Positions 1 to 8,888 of a DNA stretch of 64,000 bases are shown piece after piece. The notes beneath the pieces were generated by a model that was given only the letters and a program-made list of their open reading frames with translations, was not told the DNA's origin and did not search any database. Each line of letters opens with the position of its first letter. The first letter of the stretch is position 1. The DNA lies in the IMG/VR virus record IMGVR_UViG_2061766007_001281. One strand, 5' to 3'. The position numbers and the translations under genes were made by a program. Origin of the DNA: an uncultured virus (IMG/VR IMGVR_UViG_2061766007_001281). Its lineage: Duplodnaviria; Heunggongvirae; Uroviricota; Caudoviricetes.

Positions 1-1
1 A

Positions 2-17
2 CAGCCGTAAACGGCTG
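2..17 (-). other. Short hairpin downstream of the VR2 target gene
   Basis: CAGCCG-TAAA-CGGCTG, 6-bp stem with 4-nt loop, at the window edge. Confidence 0.45.
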
Positions 18-29
18 ATTATGCCTTCC

Positions 30-575
30 TCAGAGAAAGACATAATCAGCCCAGATGTCAATGAACTGCTTGCCGCAGTAAATTGCCAGCTCTCTTGATT
101 TCAAAGCAAGGCGAGCCGAGATGACCGAGCCCGAGCTCGCCCAAGCGTTGAACGAGCGCGCATAAGCGAGGCCGCAAGCNNNNNNNNNNTCCATCTTGTC
201 AACTTCTTCTTTGGTATAGCCATAGAAGTATGGGTAATAGCGATATTCGCTGGTGGCGAAAGTGGGCTGCCAACCTTCATTGAGCGCAGCAGTTATGATC
301 CGGAGCTTGGTATAAGCCACCAGGTCTTTCATAGCAGGGTGAACTTGCAGTTCTTTGTACTCGTCAATGAGCTGTTCGTAGAACTCACCTTTCTTTGCGG
401 ACAACACATTTAACGCGTCCTCAAAGGTCTTGATACGCTCAGTGACAGGACGGTTGTCCTTGGCTGGTTTACATGTGTTTGTTCCATCCTCAAGGATGAG
501 AACTTCACCTACTTTCTCAATCTTTTTCCATACGGCTATTTTGCCTTCAGGAACTTCAATTTCAATTTTACTCAT
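30..575 (-). CDS. Small phage protein carrying a DGR variable repeat near its C-terminus (remote DGR target)
   Basis: 181-aa ORF; the segment ACGLAYARSFNAWASSGSVISARLAL is encoded by DNA that matches the TR at 56140-56217 except at TR adenines. Confidence 0.88.
   Translation of the reverse strand: MSKIEIEVPEGKIAVWKKIEKVGEVLILEDGTNTCKPAKDNRPVTERIKTFEDALNVLSAKKGEFYEQLIDEYKELQVHPAMKDLVAYTKLRIITAALNEGWQPTFATSEYRYYPYFYGYTKEEVDKMXXXXACGLAYARSFNAWASSGSVISARLALKSRELAIYCGKQFIDIWADYVFL
102..179 (-). repeat. DGR variable repeat VR2 (visible part; 5' part lies in an N gap)
   Basis: 78 nt align without gaps to 56140-56217; 15 mismatches, all at TR A positions. Confidence 0.93.
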
Positions 576-909
576 CGTTATTGTTATTTGGTGTTGGTTC
601 TTTTATTCCAAGCATATTGCGATAGAATTTGCAGAATTCATGATTCTTTTTGTACCACTCCTCTCTTGTATAGATTTTGCTATAATCCTCAGACTGGTCA
701 TAACACTCATCAACACGGCAGTACAAAGGACGTGTCTCATAGATGGAGCAGAGGTTGTCGGAAGAAAGATATTTGCACTCATCGCTGTCTTTCTTAGCCA
801 GCGCCGCAATCTCAGGTATGATACTGAGACCGACCAGCTTACAACATGCTCCGCATCGTTGGCACTTAAATTGAGGTGCGTTATCCGAAACTTTTTCTTG
901 CATCGTCAT
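568..909 (-). CDS. YkgJ-like cysteine-cluster (Zn/Fe-S binding) protein
   Basis: CQRCGACC...CKYL...CSIYETRPLYCR motif; start codon uncertain. Confidence 0.8.
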   Translation of the reverse strand: MTMQEKVSDNAPQFKCQRCGACCKLVGLSIIPEIAALAKKDSDECKYLSSDNLCSIYETRPLYCRVDECYDQSEDYSKIYTREEWYKKNHEFCKFYRNMLGIKEPTPNNNNDE

Positions 910-1163
910 AATTGTCAAACAACTCACATCCCCACAATCTTGCTCGTCCATCATCAATAGTAAGTCTCCCATACATACTTTCAACATCAGAAACTTCCGC
1001 TAACGCATTATACCATNNNNNNNNNNNNNNNNCCACAAGCAAGTAATTGTGCCTTACTACTGCTACCTTGTGATTGATGCCCTTCTGTCCATATATTATA
1101 CTTTGCCATATCTCTCTTGCATTAACATCCGACCAGACCTCAACCCACTTCTTGTCTGGGCAG

Positions 1164-1727
1164 TCACATTTCAACTGTCTTTGATATTATGTCTTTCCAG
1201 AACAAAGTATCATATATAAAAGGCATGAATTCCAGGAACGGAACTATCTCGGGAAATAATGTCTCTATAGCCTGCTTATCCCTCAGGTACATGATTTCCT
1301 CAAAGCGTCTGTTCGCCATTCTTTCTTCGTTGGATTTCGCCCTTTCCATTGCATTATCCAAACCGCATAGTGCCAGATAATAGGTTGAAGATATCTCAAC
1401 AGGTCGCGTAACCGGTTTGATGCCTCTATGAAGGCCCCAGATGTTATAATATACAACCTCACCGTTTTCCTTTTTATAAAAGACCTGAAGGTTATTGACA
1501 AGGCTCAGATTCTTCTGTTCTTCATCGGTCGGAATTGCTATCGGAGTATACTTTTCAAGGATTTCATTATACAGCTTCTTCTGCTGAAGAACCAACTCAT
1601 CTTTGAAAGGCCGTAAATGTCTCCCTATTATTTCATAGGACGCTTTTCTTGCACTCTCCATAGTTACGTAAACCTGGCGCTGAACATCAGATGCTGGTGC
1701 TGCGCATTCTTTCTTTTCCATTTCCAT
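1164..1727 (-). CDS. Hypothetical protein
   Basis: 187-aa ORF in a tightly packed leftward operon. Confidence 0.65.
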   Translation of the reverse strand: MEMEKKECAAPASDVQRQVYVTMESARKASYEIIGRHLRPFKDELVLQQKKLYNEILEKYTPIAIPTDEEQKNLSLVNNLQVFYKKENGEVVYYNIWGLHRGIKPVTRPVEISSTYYLALCGLDNAMERAKSNEERMANRRFEEIMYLRDKQAIETLFPEIVPFLEFMPFIYDTLFWKDIISKTVEM

Positions 1728-1931
1728 ATCTCAATCTTTTTAGTTAGTGTATTCCCCAAAAAACAAGTATTAAAGATTGATATTGGCTTTATCCCAAATC
1801 TTTGTGGCTGCATCGGCACAATCTTTGGCAATCTCAACAATAGTCACATCTTCCTCAAATTCCCACTCTTTGATTAATTCCAATACCATCTTCATTGATG
1901 CGTCAAGGATAAATTCTTCTTTTGTCATATC

Positions 1932-2362
1932 TCACTCTTTAATGATTATCACCTTTACCTTATCGTTTTTGGATAGTTGCGCCTCTAACTCAATCCAAGG
2001 GTAAGTATGCAATTTGTCACTCATTGTATTTCTTACTGCTACAACCTTTCCTTCAATCGCATCCTTCATCATCTGCTCTTTTTGCCATTGTGCGCCAAGT
2101 TGTGCGTACTTGCTTACAATATCGTCTATACCTCTGCGAACGAAATCATCCACATCGCCATCTGCCTCCATCTGTTCAACAACACATCTCTCCAAATCCT
2201 CGCTTGCAGGCTCTTGCCTATTGTACTCCGTGATGATAAACTGATAATAATCTTCCATAGCCTTGCGTAGCCTTGAAGCATNNNNNNNNNNNNNNNNNNN
2301 NNNNNATAGTACATGCCATCAGCAAGTTTCTTCATCCTATCTAATTTCTCTTTGTCGCTCAT
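1932..2362 (-). CDS. Hypothetical protein (joined across an N gap)
   Basis: ATG at 2362 follows the GGAGTGAGAT junction motif; frame resumes after the gap as ORF 1932-2258. Confidence 0.55.
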
Positions 2363-2682
2363 ATCTCACTCCTTTTAGGTTTATAAAATACTATTAATCC
2401 ATCATAATAGTAATTACCACTGGCATATTTAGCATAGTAAACAAACTGATATTTCTCTGCGTCAAACAAAGATATTGTCAAATCTATTGCCAAATCTTTG
2501 GGCTTCTTGTCTGCAAATAACCCTAAATCATAATGTTCTGTCGCTATCTTCCAACCATTCTCTAATAATGTTGGTGCAACCGTTTCTCGATACCAAGCTT
2601 TGCCCCCACCATCGTGACACACATATTCTTGTGGGCATTCTCGTTTCTTATATGTCTTGTAACTTATAATGTCAATTTTCAT
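2359..2682 (-). CDS. Hypothetical protein
   Basis: 107-aa ORF whose stop overlaps the next start. Confidence 0.65.
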   Translation of the reverse strand: MKIDIISYKTYKKRECPQEYVCHDGGGKAWYRETVAPTLLENGWKIATEHYDLGLFADKKPKDLAIDLTISLFDAEKYQFVYYAKYASGNYYYDGLIVFYKPKRSEI

Positions 2683-2685
2683 ATC

Positions 2686-2838
2686 TCACTCCTTTTCGTC
2701 ATAATTTGTCTGTTGACAGAAAATGGCTTTACGGGATAGTAAATCATTCTCTTTTGCCTTTTTGATATGGTTGTCAAACTTGTCATCCGGAACGAGTTTC
2801 TTAGCCCTTGATTTTTGGATTGCATCTTGGTAGTCCAT
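2686..2838 (-). CDS. Small hypothetical protein (50 aa) directly downstream of the pentamer array
   Basis: Translated by hand as MDYQDAIQKSRAKKLVPDDKFDNHIKKAKENDLLSRKAIFCQQTNYDEKE*. Confidence 0.5.
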   Translation of the reverse strand: MDYQDAIQKSRAKKLVPDDKFDNHIKKAKENDLLSRKAIFCQQTNYDEKE

Positions 2839-2848
2839 AAATAATAAA

Positions 2849-3078
2849 ACAATGCTGTGCTATACTAAACTTTACTTCTCAACACTCCGCTGGGCCATAC
2901 AGCGCCAGGCTTCACCAAATTGGGATATTACTTTGCTTTGCCAAACCGAACCACAATAGAGTTGACTTAACTCTGCTGTTCTTCGCATTACTCTGCCGTA
3001 CATAAATTGGATATAACCGTGCCGGACTCTACTCCTCTTTGCTTTACTGGGCTTAACAACACTCTTGCCTGCTCCACT
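2849..3078 (-). ncRNA. Putative guide-RNA array: three blocks of (RGY-NN)n pentamers with conserved 13-nt linkers
   Basis: 42 in-register triplets at period 5; 39 have a central G and 31 are RGY; linkers TATATCCAATTTA and AATATCCCAATTT; no ORF in the track; begins right after the stop of the RAMP-like gene. Confidence 0.75.
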
Positions 3079-3657
3079 TCAACTTATTTCTTCTACAGCA
3101 TATCGGCCATAACATTGCCTGTATGTTCCTATACCATGTCTCAGGCCGGCGTTTACCATAGCCAACCATACCTCACTCTTGTTTAACTGCGTTTCGTCAA
3201 AATGCAGTTCTCCTTCAAGAGACCACTCAGGAATTATCATTCTTGCAGTAACAACCTTTGCTTTCATAATGCCGACTGGACGTATGTCAACATAGGTGTC
3301 GCTATTGTTTTGCCAGAGTTCTTCAGGAGTACATCCGTTCGCCTCAAACTTCAGCACGCCATCGTTAAAGACAAAGACACTCCTCTGAAACTTGGTGCCA
3401 AGTTTATTTTCTTTAGCCCCAGCTTCAAAACTTTTGGCGATCATATTAGCTGGGAGATAATACTGGCCTTTGCTGTTATAATAACAGCTCGCTAAAAACT
3501 TCAAATGGAAAATTTCATTCTGGTCTTCATCTGTTTTTGTTCTCTTGCTTGTCAATTCCTTAAGAGCTTTGCTATATTCGTTCATAGGATTGACTGTCTG
3601 AGGATTGTTGAGCATGAGAGGACATGTCCCTGTCATACGGAATCTAATACTTTTCAT
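3079..3657 (-). CDS. Stand-alone Cas7/Csm3-like RAMP-fold protein (putative RNA-guided effector)
   Basis: N-terminal strand IRFRMTGTCPLML, YYLPANMIAKSF (compare RAMP IPGSSxKG), C-terminal Gly loop GIGTYRQCYGRY; no cas1/cas2 or CRISPR array in the window. Confidence 0.7.
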   Translation of the reverse strand: MKSIRFRMTGTCPLMLNNPQTVNPMNEYSKALKELTSKRTKTDEDQNEIFHLKFLASCYYNSKGQYYLPANMIAKSFEAGAKENKLGTKFQRSVFVFNDGVLKFEANGCTPEELWQNNSDTYVDIRPVGIMKAKVVTARMIIPEWSLEGELHFDETQLNKSEVWLAMVNAGLRHGIGTYRQCYGRYAVEEIS

Positions 3658-3773
3658 ATTGATAGTTCGTTAAAATGTTTGTCAAGCAATTCCACTTTGT
3701 TCTTATCATCCAGCGTGCCACGTATGTATTGTACGTAATCATCAGCGTCTAAGCCCAGTTCTGCAAGCGTCAT
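3654..3773 (-). CDS. Small acidic protein (39 aa), translationally coupled to the RAMP-like gene
   Basis: MTLAELGLDADDYVQYIRGTLDDKNKVELLDKHFNELSI*; ATGA overlaps at both ends. Confidence 0.5.
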   Translation of the reverse strand: MTLAELGLDADDYVQYIRGTLDDKNKVELLDKHFNELSI

Positions 3774-4126
3774 TTTGTTTCTATATTTTGATGGTCCAGC
3801 TCAAATAAATGAAAGCAGTTCTCATGAACATTCACAAACTCCTCACGTGGAGGGAATATCTGTGCCACCTGCATGCTGTTCGGCATGAACTTGTAACTCA
3901 CCTCTTTGAGTTCGTAATAACCCAAAGTGTGTTTTGCTGTCACACTAAGATGCCATAAACCTTCTTCGTTGTTTACAACAATCACTTTCCCCTTATAGTC
4001 AAACACTCCTGTTGAGTACACTCCATACTCGTCAGTGCGTTCTTCCTCTCTAATCTTGAAAGGGAATTGTGGTGGTGTGGGCCGTCTATATTTGTTCAGT
4101 TCCTCTCTTGTCATTGGGTTGGTCAA
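3770..4126 (-). CDS. Phage hypothetical protein
   Basis: 118-aa ORF with WHLSV and VNVHENCFHLF segments. Confidence 0.65.
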   Translation of the reverse strand: MTNPMTREELNKYRRPTPPQFPFKIREEERTDEYGVYSTGVFDYKGKVIVVNNEEGLWHLSVTAKHTLGYYELKEVSYKFMPNSMQVAQIFPPREEFVNVHENCFHLFELDHQNIETK

Positions 4127-4304
4127 ATAAGCTGGGCTGGTAGGCCGGTGGGTTAGTAAATGCCATTATACGCTTAATCTCCTCGTCAACCTCTTTCTCC
4201 AGCTGACGGCTCTGTACCAACGCTGCTTGTGAGCGCGTCTTGAAGTACAGCTTCTGTTGTTCTCGCATGCGAGCAACAAGTGTGATAAATTCAGTTTCGC
4301 TCAT
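4086..4304 (-). CDS. Hypothetical protein
   Basis: 72-aa ORF in the operon. Confidence 0.6.
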   Translation of the reverse strand: MSETEFITLVARMREQQKLYFKTRSQAALVQSRQLEKEVDEEIKRIMAFTNPPAYQPSLFDQPNDKRGTEQI

Positions 4305-4306
4305 TG

Positions 4307-5080
4307 TTAGGGTTTATTCTTTCTACATAGCCCCCAAAAGCTGAAGCGTGGTTTGGAATACTTGGCTACTTCCTCCTGGGCTTTGTGTAACTTATCAAGA
4401 GCTTCTGCTAACCTCTGTTCAGAAGTCTTTGACAAATCGCTGTTCTTTTCCTCAAGGATCGCAATGTTAGTATCACGTAACTTGATGTCTTTCTCATATT
4501 TTTCCTTGAGTTCCTTGATGTCTTTCTCATATTTGTCAGCCAATGCAGTCTCAGCAGCTTTAACAGCTTCCTGCACCTTGCAGGCCCTTTTGTCATACGC
4601 CTGTTTTGACTCTTCCAGTTCATGCTTTTTGTTTTCCATGGTTTGGCGGTATTCATCTTCAATCTTGTTTCTCACACTGGAAACGACATCATCAAAGCCC
4701 CTGATTTCAGAAACAACAGCGTCCTCATAATATGATGCTCGCATATTAAGCATATTCTTAAGGTGCCTTTTGATTATTTCTGCGAGGTCACCTGTACCCT
4801 CTGGCTTGCTAAACATGAAATCCGGTGTACAATAGCTGCGACTAAGAAGATAACCGTGTGTGCTTTGCTCAACAAGTCTATAAGCATCCTTCAGTATTCC
4901 GGCTGCGGCAGAATCGTAGTCCAGTTGTGGCAGATAGTATCGGTTCCTAACAACCACATTAGAAGAATTGTCTTTAAGTTTTTCAACTTCTTTGGTCAAT
5001 TCTGATACTCTTGCTTCGGCTTTAGATTTAGCCTCACGCATCATGTCATACTCTGATAGTTCAATTTCAAGTTTTGCCAT
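4307..5080 (-). CDS. Coiled-coil hypothetical protein
   Basis: 257 aa, K/E-rich, with duplicated KYEKDIK. Confidence 0.7.
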   Translation of the reverse strand: MAKLEIELSEYDMMREAKSKAEARVSELTKEVEKLKDNSSNVVVRNRYYLPQLDYDSAAAGILKDAYRLVEQSTHGYLLSRSYCTPDFMFSKPEGTGDLAEIIKRHLKNMLNMRASYYEDAVVSEIRGFDDVVSSVRNKIEDEYRQTMENKKHELEESKQAYDKRACKVQEAVKAAETALADKYEKDIKELKEKYEKDIKLRDTNIAILEEKNSDLSKTSEQRLAEALDKLHKAQEEVAKYSKPRFSFWGLCRKNKP

Positions 5081-5082
5081 AA

Positions 5083-5649
5083 TTATTTCTGTTTTTTATA
5101 ATGTTCAATATAAAAGCTGGCAGGGATATGAATAGGAAGGTTTGCGTAGCTCCATGCGAGCAGGCATGCGTCACGACATTCCTGGTTTATTTTCTTAGGC
5201 AGGNNNNNNNNNNNNNTAATCTTACCATCACGTCCCATCCACATCTTCTTCAGGGGCTTTATCTTTTCAACCCTGTAACCGAAATAATCGGCAAACTCCT
5301 GTATGTGTCGCTGTGTCGCATGGCACATACCTACGCCATGACCTATTGCGGATGCGGAGCGTGGGCTTACATGCGTGTTGTCCAGATGCCAGTTGGTTGT
5401 GCTGTCGGAATCTTCAAGCACTACAACGCAATCAGTAACCGTGAAGTCTGAGCTGTTAAGGGTGCTTGGTGTATGTTTGGCAAACACCAATGATTCTGCC
5501 AGGTCAACAAAAGACATTGCCTGCACCTTCGTGAAACATTTGAGTTTCAAATCCAGTACAGCAAAGCCGCTTTTTTCAACGTCCGGATCAATGCCGATGA
5601 TAAAACGTGGTTTATCCATAATCATTTGCGGTTTACAGGTGCGGTCCAC
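5083..5649 (-). CDS. RuvC-like Holliday junction resolvase/endonuclease
   Basis: IIGIDP, VVLED and ECRDACLLA RNase H-fold acidic motifs. Confidence 0.7.
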   Translation of the reverse strand: MDRTCKPQMIMDKPRFIIGIDPDVEKSGFAVLDLKLKCFTKVQAMSFVDLAESLVFAKHTPSTLNSSDFTVTDCVVVLEDSDSTTNWHLDNTHVSPRSASAIGHGVGMCHATQRHIQEFADYFGYRVEKIKPLKKMWMGRDGKIXXXXXLPKKINQECRDACLLAWSYANLPIHIPASFYIEHYKKQK

Positions 5650-5694
5650 TGGCTGTCATGGTAGAACACGTCAAGACCGCAGCTGGTGGCTATG

Positions 5695-5961
5695 TCANNN
5701 NNNNNNNNNNNNNNNNNNNNNNNNNNNNNNNNNNNAGTCAGTACACATATAGATGGCGTCACACTCCAGGAGCATCTGTATATCCACTTTCATGTGCTTG
5801 CTCCAGTGTACGTCATAGTCCAGTTTATTCTCCAGAGGGTTGACAACCTCATACCAGGGCATGGTATGTGCGATGAAGTCAATTATCTCAGCCGCATAAG
5901 CGCGGCGCTCCTCAGCTTCACGTCCTGTGATGGGTAGGCTGATATAAATCTTCTGTTTCAT
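5695..5961 (-). CDS. DUF4406-like (nucleoside deoxyribosyltransferase-like) protein; 3' end lies in a gap
   Basis: KIYISLPITG...VVNP...DIQMLLECDAIYM. Confidence 0.75.
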   Translation of the reverse strand: MKQKIYISLPITGREAEERRAYAAEIIDFIAHTMPWYEVVNPLENKLDYDVHWSKHMKVDIQMLLECDAIYMCTDXXXXXXXXXXXXX

Positions 5962-6335
5962 ATATCTTGTTGTTTCTTATTCTGTATCAAATGGTAGTAC
6001 TTGTCAAGGTTGACATCATACATGTGTCGCTCAGGCACGATGCAGTATGTCCCATATCCTGAAAGGCAAGTGCTGAGACAGTTGCATAGATCCACGGAGT
6101 TGATACGTCCGGTGCGAGCTGACTTAACGGTTATCTTGTAGTCTGTTGAATGGTTGGAGCCACATATCCACACGGTGCCGTCATCCGATACACGTATGTC
6201 GGCATACCGCTTGCGCTCATAGTCAACACGTAACAGACGCATGGCTGCTGCGTTGAGTGAGCAGTATCCGTGATACACACGCAACAGAGGCGCGGTACGC
6301 GGTACTTCCTTGGATATGCGCTGCATGTTCATCAT
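5958..6335 (-). CDS. Hypothetical protein
   Basis: 125-aa ORF overlapping both neighbours by ATGA. Confidence 0.6.
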   Translation of the reverse strand: MMNMQRISKEVPRTAPLLRVYHGYCSLNAAAMRLLRVDYERKRYADIRVSDDGTVWICGSNHSTDYKITVKSARTGRINSVDLCNCLSTCLSGYGTYCIVPERHMYDVNLDKYYHLIQNKKQQDI

Positions 6336-6826
6336 TTTGCTATACCAACCCTGTTACGTTTAACCCTGTTCTGCGGCCTGTCCTTTTTCAGCTCCAGGCT
6401 GATATGGTCCAGCTTGTTGCTGATGGCGTTACGCTTACCCTGCGGCAGGTCGCTTGTCAGTTTCCGTATCTCATTCATAAAACCTCTAATACGCTTCTCT
6501 CTGTTCGGTACCATAATAAGGCTGTGAAAGTTTTCGTTAATAACATGCTCCACCTGATAGCCACGTGAGTTACCATCAATAATCTCATGATATTTCTTAA
6601 TCCCTGTCAGGACCGATGCATGATCGCGGTTCAGCGCACGTCCAATCTTAGGCGTGCTCCAATGGTAATCCTCATACAGCACGGCAAATAACATATACCT
6701 GACAAACGGCAGCGGCTCATGCCGTGAACTGCTCTTAATCTGCTCAAAGGTAAAACCGCTGGCCGCCACAGCTGCGTTAAACAGCGGCGGCAGAGTGATG
6801 TCCATATCAACCTTATCCAATTTCAT
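6332..6826 (-). CDS. DnaA C-terminal-domain-like HTH DNA-binding protein
   Basis: STPKIGRALNRDHASVLTG resembles the DnaA domain IV signature (IG..F.GRDHTTV). Confidence 0.7.
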   Translation of the reverse strand: MKLDKVDMDITLPPLFNAAVAASGFTFEQIKSSSRHEPLPFVRYMLFAVLYEDYHWSTPKIGRALNRDHASVLTGIKKYHEIIDGNSRGYQVEHVINENFHSLIMVPNREKRIRGFMNEIRKLTSDLPQGKRNAISNKLDHISLELKKDRPQNRVKRNRVGIAK

Positions 6827-7890
6827 AACCTGTCATTGACCAGTTTATAACACAATTTCTTTGAACGTAACCCCTTGGATTGTATAAGCACGCCAAGAGG
6901 TGACGAGAAGTCGTCCAGTTGACGCTCAATAAACTCATACAATTGTTCGGTAACAATAAGCGCATATTCTCCATCCTCAACTTGCCCTGGAACAATGTTT
7001 GCTCCCAGCGCCTGTTTCATGAGGTCGTATTCTTTCTTGTCAGCCAGCGTGACAAACAGCTTTTCCCAGAAGATGGTCCATTCAGTATCATCCCAGCGTG
7101 TGTNNNNNNNNNNNNNNNNNNNNNNNNNNNNNNGCTGCGCACCATTGTTCAAGGTCCCAGTTCTTTGCCTGTACGTTGTGGATCATGTTGTAATCAACAA
7201 GGCGTTGTGCTTCACGGTAGGGATGGGGCATGTGTAATTGCCATGCCATATAAATAGCCATTTCAAGCGTCCAGGGTACTTGCGTATCGGGTTGTTCTTT
7301 GAATGGAACCTCAATTTTTTTGTTTTTCAATTCAAGAAAAAAACTCTTTTCTTTATTAATTTCTTTTCTCTTATCTTTACTTTTATTTAATGCCATAGGC
7401 ANNNNNNNNNNNNNNNNNNNNNNNNNNNGCCATTTTGGGCGGGGTTGTCGGTGTCCGATTTTGCCATATTTTCTGAGTTTTTATTGTTGTTATTTTTACT
7501 TCTCTTTTCGCTTTCTTTTAGAATTTTGCCATCGGTTTTGCCAAAAGGCTTACACCAACGGCCTGTCGCTCCCTTACGGCCAGCTTCAGCGCGTATCTCA
7601 CGCAACTCCATACGTTCCACCAGTCCCTTGCTGCGGAACAGCTTTCCGTCATCAGAAATCTCAAACAGGTCAAAATCCTCAACGACCGAACGGATAAGGT
7701 CCACCGGTTCACGCAGATCGTAAGCTATCATGTCATAGTCACGGTCAGACGTATATCCTCCCTCCTCACGCAGACGTTCCAGCAGCATGAAGTATATGCC
7801 GTAACCGGCAGCTCCATGTGCCTGACGCAGACGTATCAGTTTCTTGCTGTTACGTGCGTTGCTGTCGTGAGAGAAATATGATGATGCCAT
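6823..7890 (-). CDS. DUF4373-like phage replication initiator (joined across two N gaps)
   Basis: N-terminal YFSHDSNARN...GYGIYFMLLERL; ORFs 7387-7890, 7088-7396 and 6823-7152 change frame only at N runs. Confidence 0.65.
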
Positions 7891-7893
7891 ATA

Positions 7894-8130
7894 TTACTTT
7901 ATCGCTATTACATTATGCTTTACCTGGCACTGCCATGCCTCAACCTCGGAACGCTTGAACCATATACCGTGGCCGTTGCGGTAATGGGGTATCTCATCCA
8001 CCATGTTACGCACGGTCTTGGGTGACTTACCCAGCAGGAAAGCCACGTCATTGACGGAGAGTACGTTCTTAGCTCCCAGGAGCGTAAGCTGCTTAATCTC
8101 CTCCAGCTGTTGTCTGAGTTCCGCTTCCAT
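7894..8130 (-). CDS. Excisionase-like HTH DNA-binding protein
   Basis: VLSVNDVAFLLGKSPKTVRN...IPHYR...IWFKRSEVEAW. Confidence 0.8.
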   Translation of the reverse strand: MEAELRQQLEEIKQLTLLGAKNVLSVNDVAFLLGKSPKTVRNMVDEIPHYRNGHGIWFKRSEVEAWQCQVKHNVIAIK

Positions 8131-8424
8131 TGTATATCTCAGTGTAGAAATGGCCGTCATGACAGCGCAGGTGGGCTGGAAGATGACACTTGCGGTCATA
8201 ATACAGGTCACACCTGCTACAAGTACTCATGTACCTGCGCTTGTAGGTCTTGCCATTAAGTGTTATGATGTTATCCATTGTTCTGTTTGAGTTGTGTTGG
8301 GTGACAGGGTGCGGACACGCAGTAACACACGTACCGCTTGAGCTTGGTGCAGTACCGGCCGTTGATCGCGTCAAGAGCGTGGGTACATTCCAGACATTCC
8401 TTGCATGCGGTTACCTTGGGCATA

Positions 8425-8679
8425 TCAGTCTATCTGGTCAGGATTACACAATACAGCGTTACCTACGATAAGCTGCTGTACGGCGTTGGTGGCGTTGAGG
8501 TTGGGACGCAGGCCCTGGAGCCGTCCTTCCTCGTTACATACCAGCAGTTCACCATCAGGTGTATGAACAATCTCTATGTAACCCTCAACATACTGCTGGA
8601 GTTCTTTCAGAGAGAACTTCTTACCATCCTTGGGTTTGACGGTCTTTATGCGGCCGTCAGCGTATAACAGCTTTGCCAT
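8425..8679 (-). CDS. DUF3846-like protein
   Basis: LKELQQYVEGYIE...CNEEGRLQGLRPN..A...IVGNAV. Confidence 0.7.
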   Translation of the reverse strand: MAKLLYADGRIKTVKPKDGKKFSLKELQQYVEGYIEIVHTPDGELLVCNEEGRLQGLRPNLNATNAVQQLIVGNAVLCNPDQID

Positions 8680-8888
8680 AGTCAGAGGTCGGCTACAAGT
8701 TCAAGGTCTGACATGGGTATCTCCATCTTGGTGAGACGCTGGATAACTACTCTGTAGCCGTTGCGGAAGGCTATGTTCTTTAACTCCTCGGCGCACGCAC
8801 GTGAGGTGGTATAACATTTGCCCCCCCCATTCGGCAGCATGATACGGTAAAAACTTCTCATAGCGTTGTTTCTTTTGATTGTCGGTAG

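Noticed and set aside
2849..3078. Canonical CRISPR array next to the Cas7-like gene
   Set aside because: There are no 25-40-nt direct repeats with unique spacers; the structure is a 5-nt periodicity with 13-nt linkers, and no cas1/cas2 is present
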